Assembly: GCA_965287045.1 (NCBI GenBank)
Contig: OZ336874.1
Coordinates: 66,650,001-66,714,000 of the forward strand
DNA from: Carcharhinus amblyrhynchos
Taxonomy: Eukaryota
DNA: 64,000 bases
Direction of reading: 5' to 3'
In this document: one piece after another, positions 13,450 to 25,460 of the stretch
Layout: each line of letters starts with the position of its first letter
Position numbering within the stretch: the first letter of the stretch is position 1
Notes under the pieces: generated by a model
What the model was told of the DNA's origin: nothing
The model's input: only the letters and a program-made list of their open reading frames with translations
Databases searched by the model: none
Program-made: the position numbers and the translations under genes

Positions 13450-14740
13450 GTAAGAGAATCCAACAATCCTCAGCGGCTTTAAATTGGAAGTCTGGCAATA
13501 AAATTCTCCTGTACCTTCACTTGTTTCAGAAGTCACATCAACATACAGCACTTGGCGACTCAGACCAGGAGTACACTAAAGAACCACCTTTTCACTAATC
13601 TTTTTCTTCACCTTCTATGCCATTAGAGATGAGCTCATTTTGAATCCAAGGTCTGAGATAACAGTCATGGAGTTCTGCGCTTTTGATGAGTCGGACATGT
13701 TCTTGCATCATTGCGATGATTTCTAAATCAATCCTATTAATCCCAGAAAGTTGCCAATGTAAAGTTCACAAAGCCTTCCATTTATTCCAAGAAATGTTGT
13801 GTTATGTTCAGCTTGGTATAATACATGACGACATGGTTTGCAATGAGTCTTTGCGTTCATTTCTCTTTGTGAGTACTCATCTATTATCTTTATTGAACAG
13901 GATCTTCACTTCATTTGAATCCTTTTTTTTGCAATTTGAATACGCTTATCAAATAATTGTTGAGATCATAAATCGGTCATGGAGATGCTTCGTATCACCA
14001 TAGCTTCCCTTTACTAATTTGTGTGCTGTTTTTAAGCTATGCAATTTGTAGCAGCAGCAAAAAGATGCATCAGCTCTTTTCAAGTACACTAGCCAATTTC
14101 TTTCAACTCTATAAAAGCAAATTACTACGGGTGCTGGAACCTGAAACCAAAAGAGAAAATGCTGGAGAATCTCAGGTCCGGTAACATCTGTAAGGACAGA
14201 AAAAGAGCTGACGTTGGGAGTCTCGGTGTCAGCTCTTTTCTCTCTTTATAGATGCTGCCAGACCTGCTGAGATTTTACAGCATTTTCTCTTCTGGTTTCT
14301 TTCAGCTCACTCTCCATTCGGCATTCTCCATGTGTATGAGTCTTCTGAAAAGGGCCAATTGAAAGACAGTCACTACTGGTTATTCCCACAGGCCACAAAA
14401 ATGAACGTCACCTTGTTGTCAAATAAATAAAACCAATTCGCTGGATCATATATTCCTTCCTCAGTGGAAACAGCATCGGAAATTTTGGCTATTCCAGCAA
14501 TCTGTGTACATTTTGCATTAATATCCTCTTCCTCAGCTGCGGTACATTCGCTGGAGTCCATCAATTCAGCATTTTTCTCATGAGCCACAGCATTTAAAAA
14601 ACATGAACTTTTCCAGTGAAACTTTCAGGATCTTACCCATTTCTTCTCTCTTTTTTACCTCTGCCTTTTCTCCAACCCGAGCTGCTACTTCCCCATTTGT
14701 CTTTGGCTCTGCCAGTACCAGCCCTTGTATTTTAAATAAC
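13450..14740 (-). pseudogene. Decayed hAT (Tip100/Zaphod, ZMYM1-like) transposase remnant
   Basis: Frameshifted minus-strand motifs IYDPANW, RNWLVYLKRADASFCCCYKLH (TTF zinc-finger-like), ERKRLIA, IMQEHVRLI and IQNELI; interrupted at 14113-14299. Confidence 0.7.
14113..14299. mobile_element. Palindromic Penelope-terminus-derived short element
   Basis: Arms GAAACCAAAAGAGAAAATGCTGG...AAAAGAGCTGAC and GTCAGCTCTTTT...CAGCATTTTCTCTTCTGGTTTC; flanked by the near-direct repeat TTTCAACTC/TTTCAGCTC. Confidence 0.75.
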
Positions 14741-14975
14741 AAGAGGGTCAGTCTTTTGTGTAATTAAACCGATGCTTTCAATCTAAACTGGTAATGGATG
14801 GTCACACCCACTCAAATTTCAACCCAACACTGGCTCTGATCCTGTCCCCGCATTGAGTACAATTCTGCTTAAGGCTAAAGACTTCACATCCTAGGTGTCT
14901 ATGATCTCATGATCCACAGTGATCTTTTTCTAACAGAAATACACATTTGGAATGCACATGCTGATGAGTGCAAAG

Positions 14976-15599
14976 TTTTTTTTTATTCATTGGATGTGGG
15001 CATCACTAGCTAGGACAGCATTTATTGCCCATGAACTGTTGGGCCAACTCGGAAGACATTTAAGAGTCAACCACATTTCTGTACATCTGGAGGCACAGAG
15101 AATCCCTACAATGCCAAAAGAAGCCAGTCAGCCCATCGAGTTTGCACTGACTCTCCGTAACAGCATTTTATCTATGCCCATCCCTTCACTCTGCACACTT
15201 ACCATGTCTAATCCCCCTAACCTGCACATCTGAGGACTGTGGAGGAAAACTGGAGCAGCTGGTGGCAATCCATGCAGACCTGGGGAGAACATGTAGACTC
15301 CGCACAGACACTGACCCAAGATGGAATGGAACCCATGTCCAATGGCACTATAAGGTAGCAGTGTCAATCGTTGTGCCACTGTGCTGCCCCAAAGGACAAA
15401 TTTCCTTCCCTGAAGGACATTAGTGAATCATATGGTTTTTCGGACAACCAACCATGGTTTCATGATTATCATTGGACTTTTAACTGCAGATCTTCATTTA
15501 ATTCAAATTCCACCATCTGCCAAGGTGGGAGTTGAACCTGGGTTCCTAGACCTCTAGATTACAAGTCCAGCAACAATAGCACTACACCACTGCCTCCCC
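14976..15599 (-). mobile_element. tRNA-derived SINE (GGGGAGGC... family) split by a nested HE1-like SINE
   Basis: Segments 14976-15096 and 15391-15599 match the family at 62616-62979 and 18335-18682. Confidence 0.8.
15097..15390 (-). mobile_element. HE1-like V-SINE, nested
   Basis: Minus-strand head GGGGCAGCACAGTGGCACAACG..., V core and tail GCATTGTAGGGATTC. Confidence 0.8.
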
Positions 15600-17870
15600 A
15601 CAATTAGTGTTACATCTGAGACCATGATGTCAAAACACAGGGTTCCCCAAAACATGGGGCCAAAGGCAGTGGCCTTGATATGCCATTCCCTAGGGACAAC
15701 TCTGTCTATTGGGCATATCTTTCTCTTCTGACATTATGATAGGAAGTGTTATTAATGTTTGTTCTTAATGGTTTTGGTTCTCAGAGGCCTGGGTCACATT
15801 GTTTGTGACCGCTCTTTATCTAAAGGATGTAGCATTTACAATGGAATGAAAACTTTGGGGGCCCAGGAAACAAGGGATGGGCATTTTTCTTTATTCTCCT
15901 GACTCAAGTCACAGAGGTGGAGTGACAAGAGATAACTTGCACCCTAAGCCACCGGAAGAGGTGAATTTGAACTCTTTCCAAAAAAGGGATTCAGGAATAA
16001 TGAAAAGTGGGGATAAAAGGTAAGGGATCAGACTCTTGGCTGGCACAGTGTCATCATGGTTTCTGGTATATCATTCTTCTGGACACAGTTCAGCATCACT
16101 TCAAAAGGCAGAAGAAGAGAAAGACATGGCATGTGCTGGAAATACTCAAGGAATCCAGAGGATAAGGAATTTGCCTGTTAGCCACTTCCAAATTTGAAGA
16201 TGTCGGTCGCAATTTGCCTCCCATTCTTTGGAGAGTGCCTGTCAGAGAGGTGAGACATTTCAAAATCACTCCAATAACCTCACACTCTGGCAGTCCTCCT
16301 CTCCGGTTTTCTCAGACCCAACAACCAGCCCTCCCTGGTTACTCCAGAATAAGCAATCTCCCCTTAAAACTGGTGTTCCAGGACCTGCACCTGTGTTGTA
16401 CAAAGGGTTTTTTTTCCCTCTTCCCGTCACAGGTTTCAATCAAGGTGTTGCTCTCGATTTTACTACCATTCCGCAATGCTCACAAGAAACAAGAGTCATG
16501 AGAGATGACTCCCCATTTCTAATCCAGACCATCTACTCTTAGTCCTGCCACCCATTATGCAGTGCTCCAAAAGGCCAGGGCCAACTTCTCAATGCCAGTA
16601 AGCTACAGTGAAGCTCACTGTAGTATTTACTTTCAGTTATGAACATCTTCCCTACAAGCTTTCATTATGTTCATTGCTTTTAAAACTTGGAAATAAATCT
16701 AGCCACTTAGACAAATAAATGAAAATCAATGAAAAAAAGCATGCAACCAATTTGCAAAATTTTACATAATCTTTGAATTAAATACCACTAATATCCAATG
16801 ATGTATAACAAAAGTATCAATTTATTTATTACCATAAATCAACATGTTGCATGTGACTTGGGATAAATATATCTGATAAATCTCCATGAATATCAGAGAA
16901 AATTCAACAGTACATTAAAGAACAATGCTGCACACTAAATGCGCATGATGCAAAGCAACACTAAAAAAAATTCTAATCTCTGGAGCTACCATTTTCACTG
17001 ACTGACTCACCAAAATAGCAATTACACTCTAATTGATAGGAGGCGGTATTGAATTTGTGCCCTTTTGAGGGTAGAGTTTCACCTCAGTACTAGAATAACA
17101 TTGCACACTGCATGACAATACACTCCTATCATTTTAAATGGAGTATCATCTGATTTACCATGTTTAATTTTCAAAAACATTGCTCTTTCAGGCAATTTAT
17201 CTGCACTGGAGGAAACAGAAGACAGTTCACACATCAGAACACCTATTATTTGCTATTATGTACTTACATTGAGGGTGGGCATTCCATATTAATTCACATT
17301 ATTATGCGTGTCTCCAAATTTCTCTGAGCATCATTCAATGGAAATAAAAAGAAACCCTTCAAAACAGAATATCACAATGTGAATGCAGAATATTCTTGTT
17401 TGTCTATTAATGTAGGGCAGTATCTCAGACTAATCAATGAAAATATTGTTTTACAATCTAGCTGTTCTCATATCACACACCAGCATAGAAATTCATAGAC
17501 CTCATCCTTTGGTGGTGCTTATTTTTTTTAATGAATTCATGAACACTTATTTATAACCTACTCTGCTCTCTCACTTTGTTGTTTCTTTGAGCTATTTTGG
17601 TAACGTGATATAAATCCAGGAAAGCACAATACAAGTTGTACAGCTTAACGGAATATGGATAAAAAATTCATCTTGTAATAAATATCACAGATATAAATTG
17701 ATAATGGAAATGGGAAAAATATTTGATCAGAAAGCCAATTTTGGCAAGAAAATAATTAAATAACTTTTTGTCTGTAGAAACTTATTCAATACATCAACAA
17801 CTAAAGATTTATTTAAAAACACACAACATGCACCAAGAACTCTAACTATGTTGCAATGTCAATTGTTGCT

Positions 17871-18057
17871 CAAACCAAAAGAGAAAATGCTGGAAAATCT
17901 CAGGAGGTCTGGCAACATCTGTAAGATGGCTTTGACAAAGGATCGTCTGGACTCAAAACATCAGCTCTTTTCTCTCCTTACAGATGCTGCCAGACCTGCT
18001 GAGATTCTCCAGCATTTTCTTTTAGTTTCAGATTCCAGCAGCCGCAGTAATTTGCTT
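17871..18057. mobile_element. Palindromic Penelope-terminus-derived short element
   Basis: AAACCAAAAGAGAAAATGCTGG... with inverted CCAGCATTTTCTTTTAGTTTC; same family as 14113-14299. Confidence 0.75.
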
Positions 18058-18334
18058 TCATCAACTGTTGCTCAGACTGATAGCAACACGGCAGTAAACT
18101 ACTGAATGTAAAATAACAGTCAAAATGTGAAATCTACTCATCTGGATAACTACATGCTGTAACTTCCTCATAATAGCAATCATCGTCATTGAATTGCAAC
18201 TCCATGCCCAGATAGCTGTGCCTAATTTCTTCCATACCTGACTTGCTGACCTTGCGACTCAGATTGGGTGAGATCCAGGTGGCGCAGCTGTCATCAGTGT
18301 CGAAGTGTAAGAGTCAGAGAGAAGGAATTTTTAA

Positions 18335-18682
18335 AAATTGATTTGTGGGACATGGGCCAGCATTTATTGCCCATTCCTAGCTGCCCTTCAACAGAGTAGC
18401 TTGCTAGGCCATTTCAGATTGCAGTTGAGAATCAACTACACTGCTGTGGCTCTAGTGTCGCAGACCAGACAAGGATGGCAGACTTCCTTCCCTAATGGAC
18501 AATACTGCATCAGATGGGTTTTTACAATAACTGACGATAGTTGGAGATTTTTAACTCCAGATACTTATTATTTCATTCAAATTCCACCATCTGCTGTGGC
18601 AGGATTTGAACACGGGTGCCTAGAACATTAGCTGAGTTTCTGGATTAATAGTCTAGCGATAACACTTAGGCCATCGCCTCCC
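18335..18682 (-). mobile_element. tRNA-derived SINE
   Basis: Reverse complement of the 62616-62979 family (GGGAGGCGATGGCCTAAGTG...GGGCAATAAATGCTGG). Confidence 0.85.
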
Positions 18683-19949
18683 TATTTTTACCAATCTGGT
18701 TGCTGTAAAGTTCAAACATCCCATTGAAATTGACAGGCCAGAGAAAGAGAGAGTGGTTTGGATGGACACACAGGAACAGGTTGGGGCTGGTTTTTGGAGA
18801 TCAGGTTTAAGGAGTTCAGATACTGGTGGGTGGGTCTGATCAGGCAGGGAAGGGGTGAAATACAGGGTCCCATGGGGGTTTGCAGGGTGGAGAATATAAT
18901 GGGGGTGGAATCATTCCTCAGTTGGGTGAGGGAGTCCACTGTGGTGGAGCGAGAGGGAGGGGGAGAAGGGGCCATGCAGGGATCGACCTGGGCATTTCCC
19001 CAGAAAGGTGGTTTCAATTCTAACTTTTTCAGAGTAGCTATTACTGTAACCCTGGTGGAACCATCCAAAGCTAATAATTTAAATTCCACTTTCAGATGGT
19101 TCCTAGCACAGCACAATTACCCAGGGGAAGTTAGTGCTTCTGGACAATATTAAACATGAATTTATGGGATGTGGGCATCCCTGGACTAGGCCAGCCTTTA
19201 TTACCATAAAAATGCTTACCTGGGAAGTTTTGAGAGCGATTCCCAGCGCAGTTCAGTGTACTACCAAATCCAACACTGGGGAACCTGGAAGTTACAGCCC
19301 TACACTTTCCAATCAGTGGTGCCGAGGAAGAGTTTAATTTACTGTAGTTACAATGAACTGAATACTGTCAACTCTTTTTGTGCATCTTTACATGTTTAAT
19401 TACCTTGTATATTAGCTAAAGAATGATTTTGATAACATATAAGACAAACAAAAACTCTTGTCGTATCAACTTTTGTAAGAGATTACAAATTATTCTATGG
19501 AAGGTAATAAGCCAACGGTGGAAGTGATGCAATACAAAATAGCTTACCAAAGCACAACACATTAATTCATTAACCAAACAATAAGTCAGGAACATTCAGT
19601 TTGATTCTGCTGACCTCTGGCCTTAGAAGCTTACTGGCTTGTTTTCCAGCGACTCGGCGTGCCCTTCCGAACAGCACATACGAGAAACATTTTAGTGGCT
19701 CTAATAAATATCTAACTTTCTTCTACAAATATGTTGTTTGAATTCCTCAGCTTGCTACTTGCAAATGGTTTTTCTATGAAATCCTTAACTCATATTTTCA
19801 TTTTAGCACCCTGCTCATGTTCATGTGACTTTTCATTGCACCTTCTAAAATAACCACATTTCACACGGCCACATTTTGTAGCCGCTTGGGTCTCAGATTT
19901 GCTCTTTTTCTGGTGGTTTTCTTTTTCGTTTTCACATAATTTAAAGGGG

Positions 19950-22503
19950 CATTTAAAAAAATCTTTTTTAATTTAGCACTTTCATTACAATATATTACAG
20001 TAAACACTATATCAAATATTTTGCCAGTGCAAAAAAGCATCTGCTCAGTGATTTCCATAGTTTGGCTTTCAAACCATACAATGTACAGTGCACGTATTAC
20101 TACATTTATATATATATATATGACAGTTCACTTTCAGAACACAACTTTAAAAGAATGCAGTTATTCATTTCACTAATGCTTTGGTCAATCAGCAAAGCAG
20201 GAAGGAAGGCATGAACAAATTCAAATCAATTAAATTCAAGTCAACGCTCAACACCTACCTGCATACAGAATCAAAAAACAATGAACAGTTTGAGCTTCTG
20301 ACATGCATGGTCAGATAGAACAACAGTTAAACGTTGGGACAAACAACATTGCCAGTCTAATTTAAAAAAAAACTACTTTTATTTTTTTCAGTTACATATT
20401 GGGAAACAGGGATGTATTACATCACTTGTACAGTCAGGCAGATTTCACTTCATTAGTATTGACAGAAAAGCGGTGACTGCGTAAAATTGTTGGCCTAAAC
20501 TGAACCCAGCTGCATTTTCCAACCACGACCAGCTTGTATTGCCAGAAAGAAACTTCTTCCCAGGTGTAAAATGCAGCACTAGAAACGTTGCCGATAAGCA
20601 GCGGATGCACTGGTCTTCGTTGCAGCGAACGAAAGGTGATGGATTCATTTGTAAAGATTACAGTCCATAATTACATTAATATACAACACACTTTCTTTGC
20701 TATTTGTGACAACTTCACGTTGTGCACACTGTACAGGCAAAAAAATGCTACCAATTAAAATAAATTGAAAGTGATGTTCAAATTTAAGGTACAGAAATAA
20801 TACTGTACTTATTTACACACATTATGTAATTAAAGAAAAAAAGGATTTGGTCAAATACTGCAGACATAGTAGTGGTTCCCTGCCATTATGATTTGCAGTT
20901 TCATGTTAAAATATTCTGCCTTGTCTTCCAGTCTTTCTAACCCAAAAGCTAAGAAGTTTGCATGCAACATATTATTTGAACTTAATACATTGCATCAGAC
21001 ATAATCCAGAACTTAACATTGCTGATCAAAAAAAGTCAAGAATATCCAGCGCAAGATTGAAACTAAAAACAGTGTATAAAACAGCTGATAAAACACTGCA
21101 CAACATTGTATTTAAACGTCTGTGGAAACAAACTGTTGAGCAGAGGATGGAAATCAGAATGAGATGTTCTATAGAATAGCTGGTTGGTTCAAAATGCAGG
21201 CACTTCAAGGGTTTATTGGGAAAGTACCTGACCCATCTCCAGCATGAAGTCTTTGAAGAGCTGTGATTACGATAAGAAAGGAATGTTTCACATACAACTG
21301 CACAGTTTGGGTACCACAGCCATTAAATGCAAAAGGCAATATTATCCGACCTATTTATTTCACATTCTTATGTTAGCTTTTCATCAAGGGCTACTTTATG
21401 GATTGGACATAGTGCATCCAAGTATCCTGGCAGTACAGGATGCATTGAAGCTAGCCAGGACTTGCCTAAAATCCTTTTAGGCCCAATTACTTTCTTCAAG
21501 ATGCACTTTTCTCTTTATCCACCATCACAGCTTCACACGGTGTCTTACCATGTAGTACATTTAAAGGCATGATTACGACACCCCTCTTACTTCCTTCATT
21601 CTCAGAACATTCAGCATTAATCTGTCCAAACAATACATCAGGAAGCACAGTTTACATTTTACAAACATGTCATAATATCATATAATAAGCACATGCTGCC
21701 CTTTCTACTACACTGCTTCTCCATTAGGAGGTAAAAAAGCAAGTATTGTTTGCACACATGAATGTCTACAGCTGTCTCATGTTGTGTATATTGCAACAGT
21801 GCAACAGCCATGAATTACCAGCTGCTGAATCAATCCATTCCTTCCACAGTACCTCTGGACAGTGACTTCCAAAAGACAGATAAGGATAGCATAAAATTTA
21901 ATACTGAAAATTCTGTGCAGATGTCTTCAACTGAGACAAATGAAGGGTGAATGTACAATTCAGAATTTGCTGTATGTTTTTTTTCCTCAAGTTTCTTCAT
22001 TTGTTAGGACAGTGACAATCATGTCTTGGGTCCTCCAGTTGGCAGACCAAATACCTGGCTATGCAGTTACTACAGATCTATTCAAAGCAGCTCCTGTGTA
22101 GACAAATTCATTCTTGATTTGTAACTGTTCTGAGGTTATCACCAAGCGCCATACAATATTCCTGCCTTCAAAATCAACCCTCTCGTTAAAATTGCAGCTT
22201 GATTTGGTTGAAGTCAAGTGAACAGTTTTTGTTTCATACATTACCCTGACAAGAGGTCCCTCTTCCAACTTCAAAATATGAACACACAAATTTCTGATGA
22301 AGCATAGGTTCAAGATGAAGACTGACGAAATAAAAACAAAAATACCCACATAAGACAACCACCCAAATCACTGGGCAAAAAACATAAGGAAAAAGTCCTT
22401 TGATAAAAGTCTGTTGTCACTGCAGAGATGATTGGTTTCTTGTTTATGATGAGACAGCAGATGAACAAGTAAGTAACTCTCCATGATCAGACGGTTTCCA
22501 GAG
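19950..22503 (-). other. CSNK1G3: CSNK1G3 3'UTR (distal end inferred)
   Basis: Repeat-free AU-rich sequence after the stop codon; minus-strand poly(A) signal candidates AATAAA at 21354-21359, 21212-21217 and 20378-20383, and ATTAAA at 19967-19972. Confidence 0.65.
20378..20383 (-). terminator. Candidate polyadenylation signal AATAAA
   Basis: Followed on the minus strand by a T-run and the GU-rich element TGTTGTTTGT about 30 nt downstream. Confidence 0.5.
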
Positions 22504-22558
22504 TCATTTGTGACGTTGAATAGTTTTCCTTTTTCTCCGCTTGAAGAAACAGCAGCAC
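22504..22558 (-). CDS. CSNK1G3: CK1 gamma 3, last coding exon: (K/W)CCCFFKRRKRKTIQRHK*
   Basis: Acceptor ttttctttcaaaccaccatAG|G TGC TGC TGT; phase 2 matches the upstream exons; TGA at 22504-22506; peptide matches the CK1 gamma 3 C-terminus with the CCC motif. Confidence 0.97.
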
Positions 22559-22719
22559 CTATGGTGGTTTGAAAGAAAAACAAAATCATATGAAGGAAAC
22601 TAAATCGAAAAAATATCTAACCATTTAACCGTAATTATCATTTGGTCAAAACTCTCAAAATTGGTGCATATGCTTTGAATCAGATTCATAAAACCTAACT
22701 GATCATACATACGCAGACT

Positions 22720-23030
22720 ACACAGAATCAGAGAACAGAAAGCAACCAGGAGACAAACAGAATTAGAAACAGCTCCTCAAACATAGAAACCTGAGCTAGA
22801 GAAAGAGAATGGAATCTGACAATCCACTGACAGAGGGATAGGGAGAAAGGGATCAAAGTCTGTGAACAATGTAGAACGTAACGAGAGAGAAAGGGATGGT
22901 AGCAACAAGAGAATGATAGTAAAAGAATGGAAGTGGGGGGGGGGGAAAGAAGAGAGAGAGAGAGAGAGACAGAGAGTGAGGATAAAGGGTTGGAAAAGGA
23001 GACACAGCGACAACAGCAAGCAAGTGGTTG
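22720..23030 (+). repeat. Purine-rich low-complexity tract with G-run and (GA)n microsatellite
   Basis: GGGGGGGGGGG and GAGAGAGAGAGAGAGAGA at about 22935-22980. Confidence 0.8.
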
Positions 23031-23039
23031 AATGAGAAA

Positions 23040-23630
23040 CCTGTCCTGGTCCCTCCATGCGGATGCTATAGTTACAAAAGCCCCCAATGCCTCTACTTAC
23101 TCAGAAGACTAAGGAAATTTGGCATGTCTGCTATGACTCTCACCATCTTTTACAGATGCACCATAGAAAGCATTCTTTTTCGTTGTATCTCAGCTTGGTA
23201 TGGCTCCTGCTCTGCCCAAGACCGCAAAACACTATAAGAGGTCGTCAATGTAGTCAAATCTCATTATGCAAACCAGCCTCCCATCCATTGAGACTGTCTA
23301 GATTTCCTGCTGCCTCAAAAGCAGCCAGCATAATCAAGGACCCCATGCACCCCAGACATACTCTTGTCCATCTGTCCAGAAAAAGATACAAAAGTCTGAA
23401 ATAATGTGCCAACCAACTCAAAAACAAACTTCTTTCTGCTGCTGTCAGACTTCTGAATGGACTTACCTCACATTAAGTTGATCTTTGTCTACACCCTAGC
23501 TATAACGGTAACACTACATTCTGCACTCCTTTCCTTCTCTATGTATGGTATGCTTTGTCTGTATAGTGCACAAGAAATAATACATTTCACTGTACACTAA
23601 TACATGTGACAATAATAAATCAAATCAAAA
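23040..23630 (+). mobile_element. Rex1/Babar-type LINE 3' fragment
   Basis: LYLLRRLRKFGMSAMTLTIFYRCTIESILFRCISAWYG; tail AATAAATCAAATCAAA; similar to 38130-38731. Confidence 0.85.
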
Positions 23631-23639
23631 AAGTAAAGA

Positions 23640-24180
23640 ATGTATGCACAGAAGAGAGATAGAATGGGAAGTGTGAGACAACAGGGAAAAAAGTGTTTCT
23701 TTAACCAGTAATGGAGGGTAAAGGAGAAGTACAGTGAAAGACAAGCACTAGGTAGAGTGAGTTGGAGATCAGTGCAGGGACTGGCACAGTTTTTTAGATT
23801 AGAGTTCAAAACAGATTTGCAAATAGCACCAAATGAATGGTGGCAGAGGTAACAAGAGGAAGCCAATCAGATAATTTCAGAATTTGAGCAGAATATATCA
23901 ATGAGCAGAACAATAACACCTGAAATGTTATAAGCAGAGGAAGGAAGCAAGAAAGTGGGGGAAAGTAGTGGACTCATAGTGGAAAAGCAAAAGGCAAGAA
24001 AGGGAGAGGATGGTGAAGAAAGGTGGAAACTTAGATGGGAAGCAAAGGGAAGGAAGAGGGGGGAAATTGGAGGATGATGAAGAAGAGGGAGAGATAACCA
24101 GGGAAGAAAGGGAGAAATTATGGGTATTGGAGGAAATGAGAGAAAAACAAAACAAAAGAATAACCAAACAAAAAGAAATG
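23640..24180 (+). repeat. Purine-rich (GA-rich) low-complexity region
   Basis: Strong A/G strand skew without a fixed period. Confidence 0.6.
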
Positions 24181-25029
24181 ACTCAAAGTAAGCATCCATT
24201 TATCTGGATTTGGGAAATTATTCAAAGGCAAAACGTTAAAATCATATTTGGGCTCCAAGGATGATGTTATAATACTTCCTATGGGATTAGATGTAGCACA
24301 ATACACCAGGTAGTTCTCCAAGCACTATTATTATAGACAATATGCAATCATATGAAAAAGTAAATTATACAGAAAAGAATGCCGCTTTTGGTTCAAAATA
24401 CATAATTTAAAAAAGGGAAGTAAATGAGTACTTTCCTTTGCTATTAAGAAAATTAATTTGAATCAAACTATGCCAACACAGGAACAGGAGTTGGTCACTC
24501 AGAATTTAACCATCTCTCTTTGACATTACCACTACTGAAACCCTGCTAAAATCTTCCTGAGTTTACCATTTGACTCAAAACTTAACTGGACTTCTCATAA
24601 ATACTAGGAGCACACTAAGTAAAATCCATCTCCATCAAGTTTTGACGATTACTACACTCAGGCCCCCTACAGATGTTGGGGTGAAGATACAGACACTTTG
24701 GGCATATTTGATCCAAGCCTTGAGCATCTTGCGATATAAAAATTCTTTTGCTGTGCTTCACATTATTCTCCCCTTCTGACTTTTCAACTTTCCAACCCTT
24801 GCTCAGATAGCTGCTCACGATTCCCTTAAGTAACTCATCCAAAAGACTGCAAATGAACGTGACAGTCTCAACTGCTTTCGCATAATACATCATAGCCGGG
24901 GCCAGAATTCTTCTCAAAATGTTGAAAGGTGCACTCAAACAGTTATCATTGGGTGGTGACTGCAGTGGGAATAACAGCCTATTTCAAGTGACCTAACCTT
25001 TCCTGCAAATATATTTGCTACTCATGTGG

Positions 25030-25433
25030 CCAGATGGAGGTCACAGCACCCAATGAGATTGTACATCCCTTATTTGGAAGCCTGATTCATAAGCCCAATG
25101 GACCAATAGATACTCTGAATTCAAACTGCTGGAGCAAACAGCTCCTACAGCAAGGATCATTGGGAACTCGGACAGGCCAAAGAGAAAAACATAGAGATCA
25201 CGGCATGCTCCAGAAGCGGAGATCGGAAGAACTTGACCGTGACCATATTTGGCATATAGTTTCTATGTTCCCTAGTTTTGGCCAGACTCTGCTGCCTCAG
25301 GTCCCTGCCATAACCTTATTTGGAAAGGAACGGCATGGACAATGCATACATGGCGATGGTCATCTGGGGGTGAATCTAGCATCCTCCAAATAAGGGATGT
25401 GCAACCTGATTGTGTGCTATGACCTCCAACTGG
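25030..25433. promoter_or_regulatory. 51-bp imperfect inverted repeat enclosing four CArG boxes
   Basis: Arms 25030-25080 and 25383-25433 match at 44/51 positions; CC(A/T)6GG at 25068-25077, 25243-25252, 25314-25323 and 25386-25395. Regulatory function is inferred. Confidence 0.6.
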
Positions 25434-25460
25434 TAACCCGGGAAGATTCCCGAAGGATGC

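Noticed and set aside
14961-14973. CTGATGAGTGCAA hammerhead-like core
   Set aside because: No stem II closure, GAAA or stem I follows; it abuts a SINE tail
243-19337. Many 60-150 aa ORFs in the downstream region as a second gene
   Set aside because: No recognisable host protein or consistent exon chain; they are either transposon-derived or of random-expectation length
23597-24264. Overlapping low-complexity ORFs (Ser/Pro/Phe-rich and Glu/Gly/Lys-rich)
   Set aside because: By-products of the purine/pyrimidine strand skew
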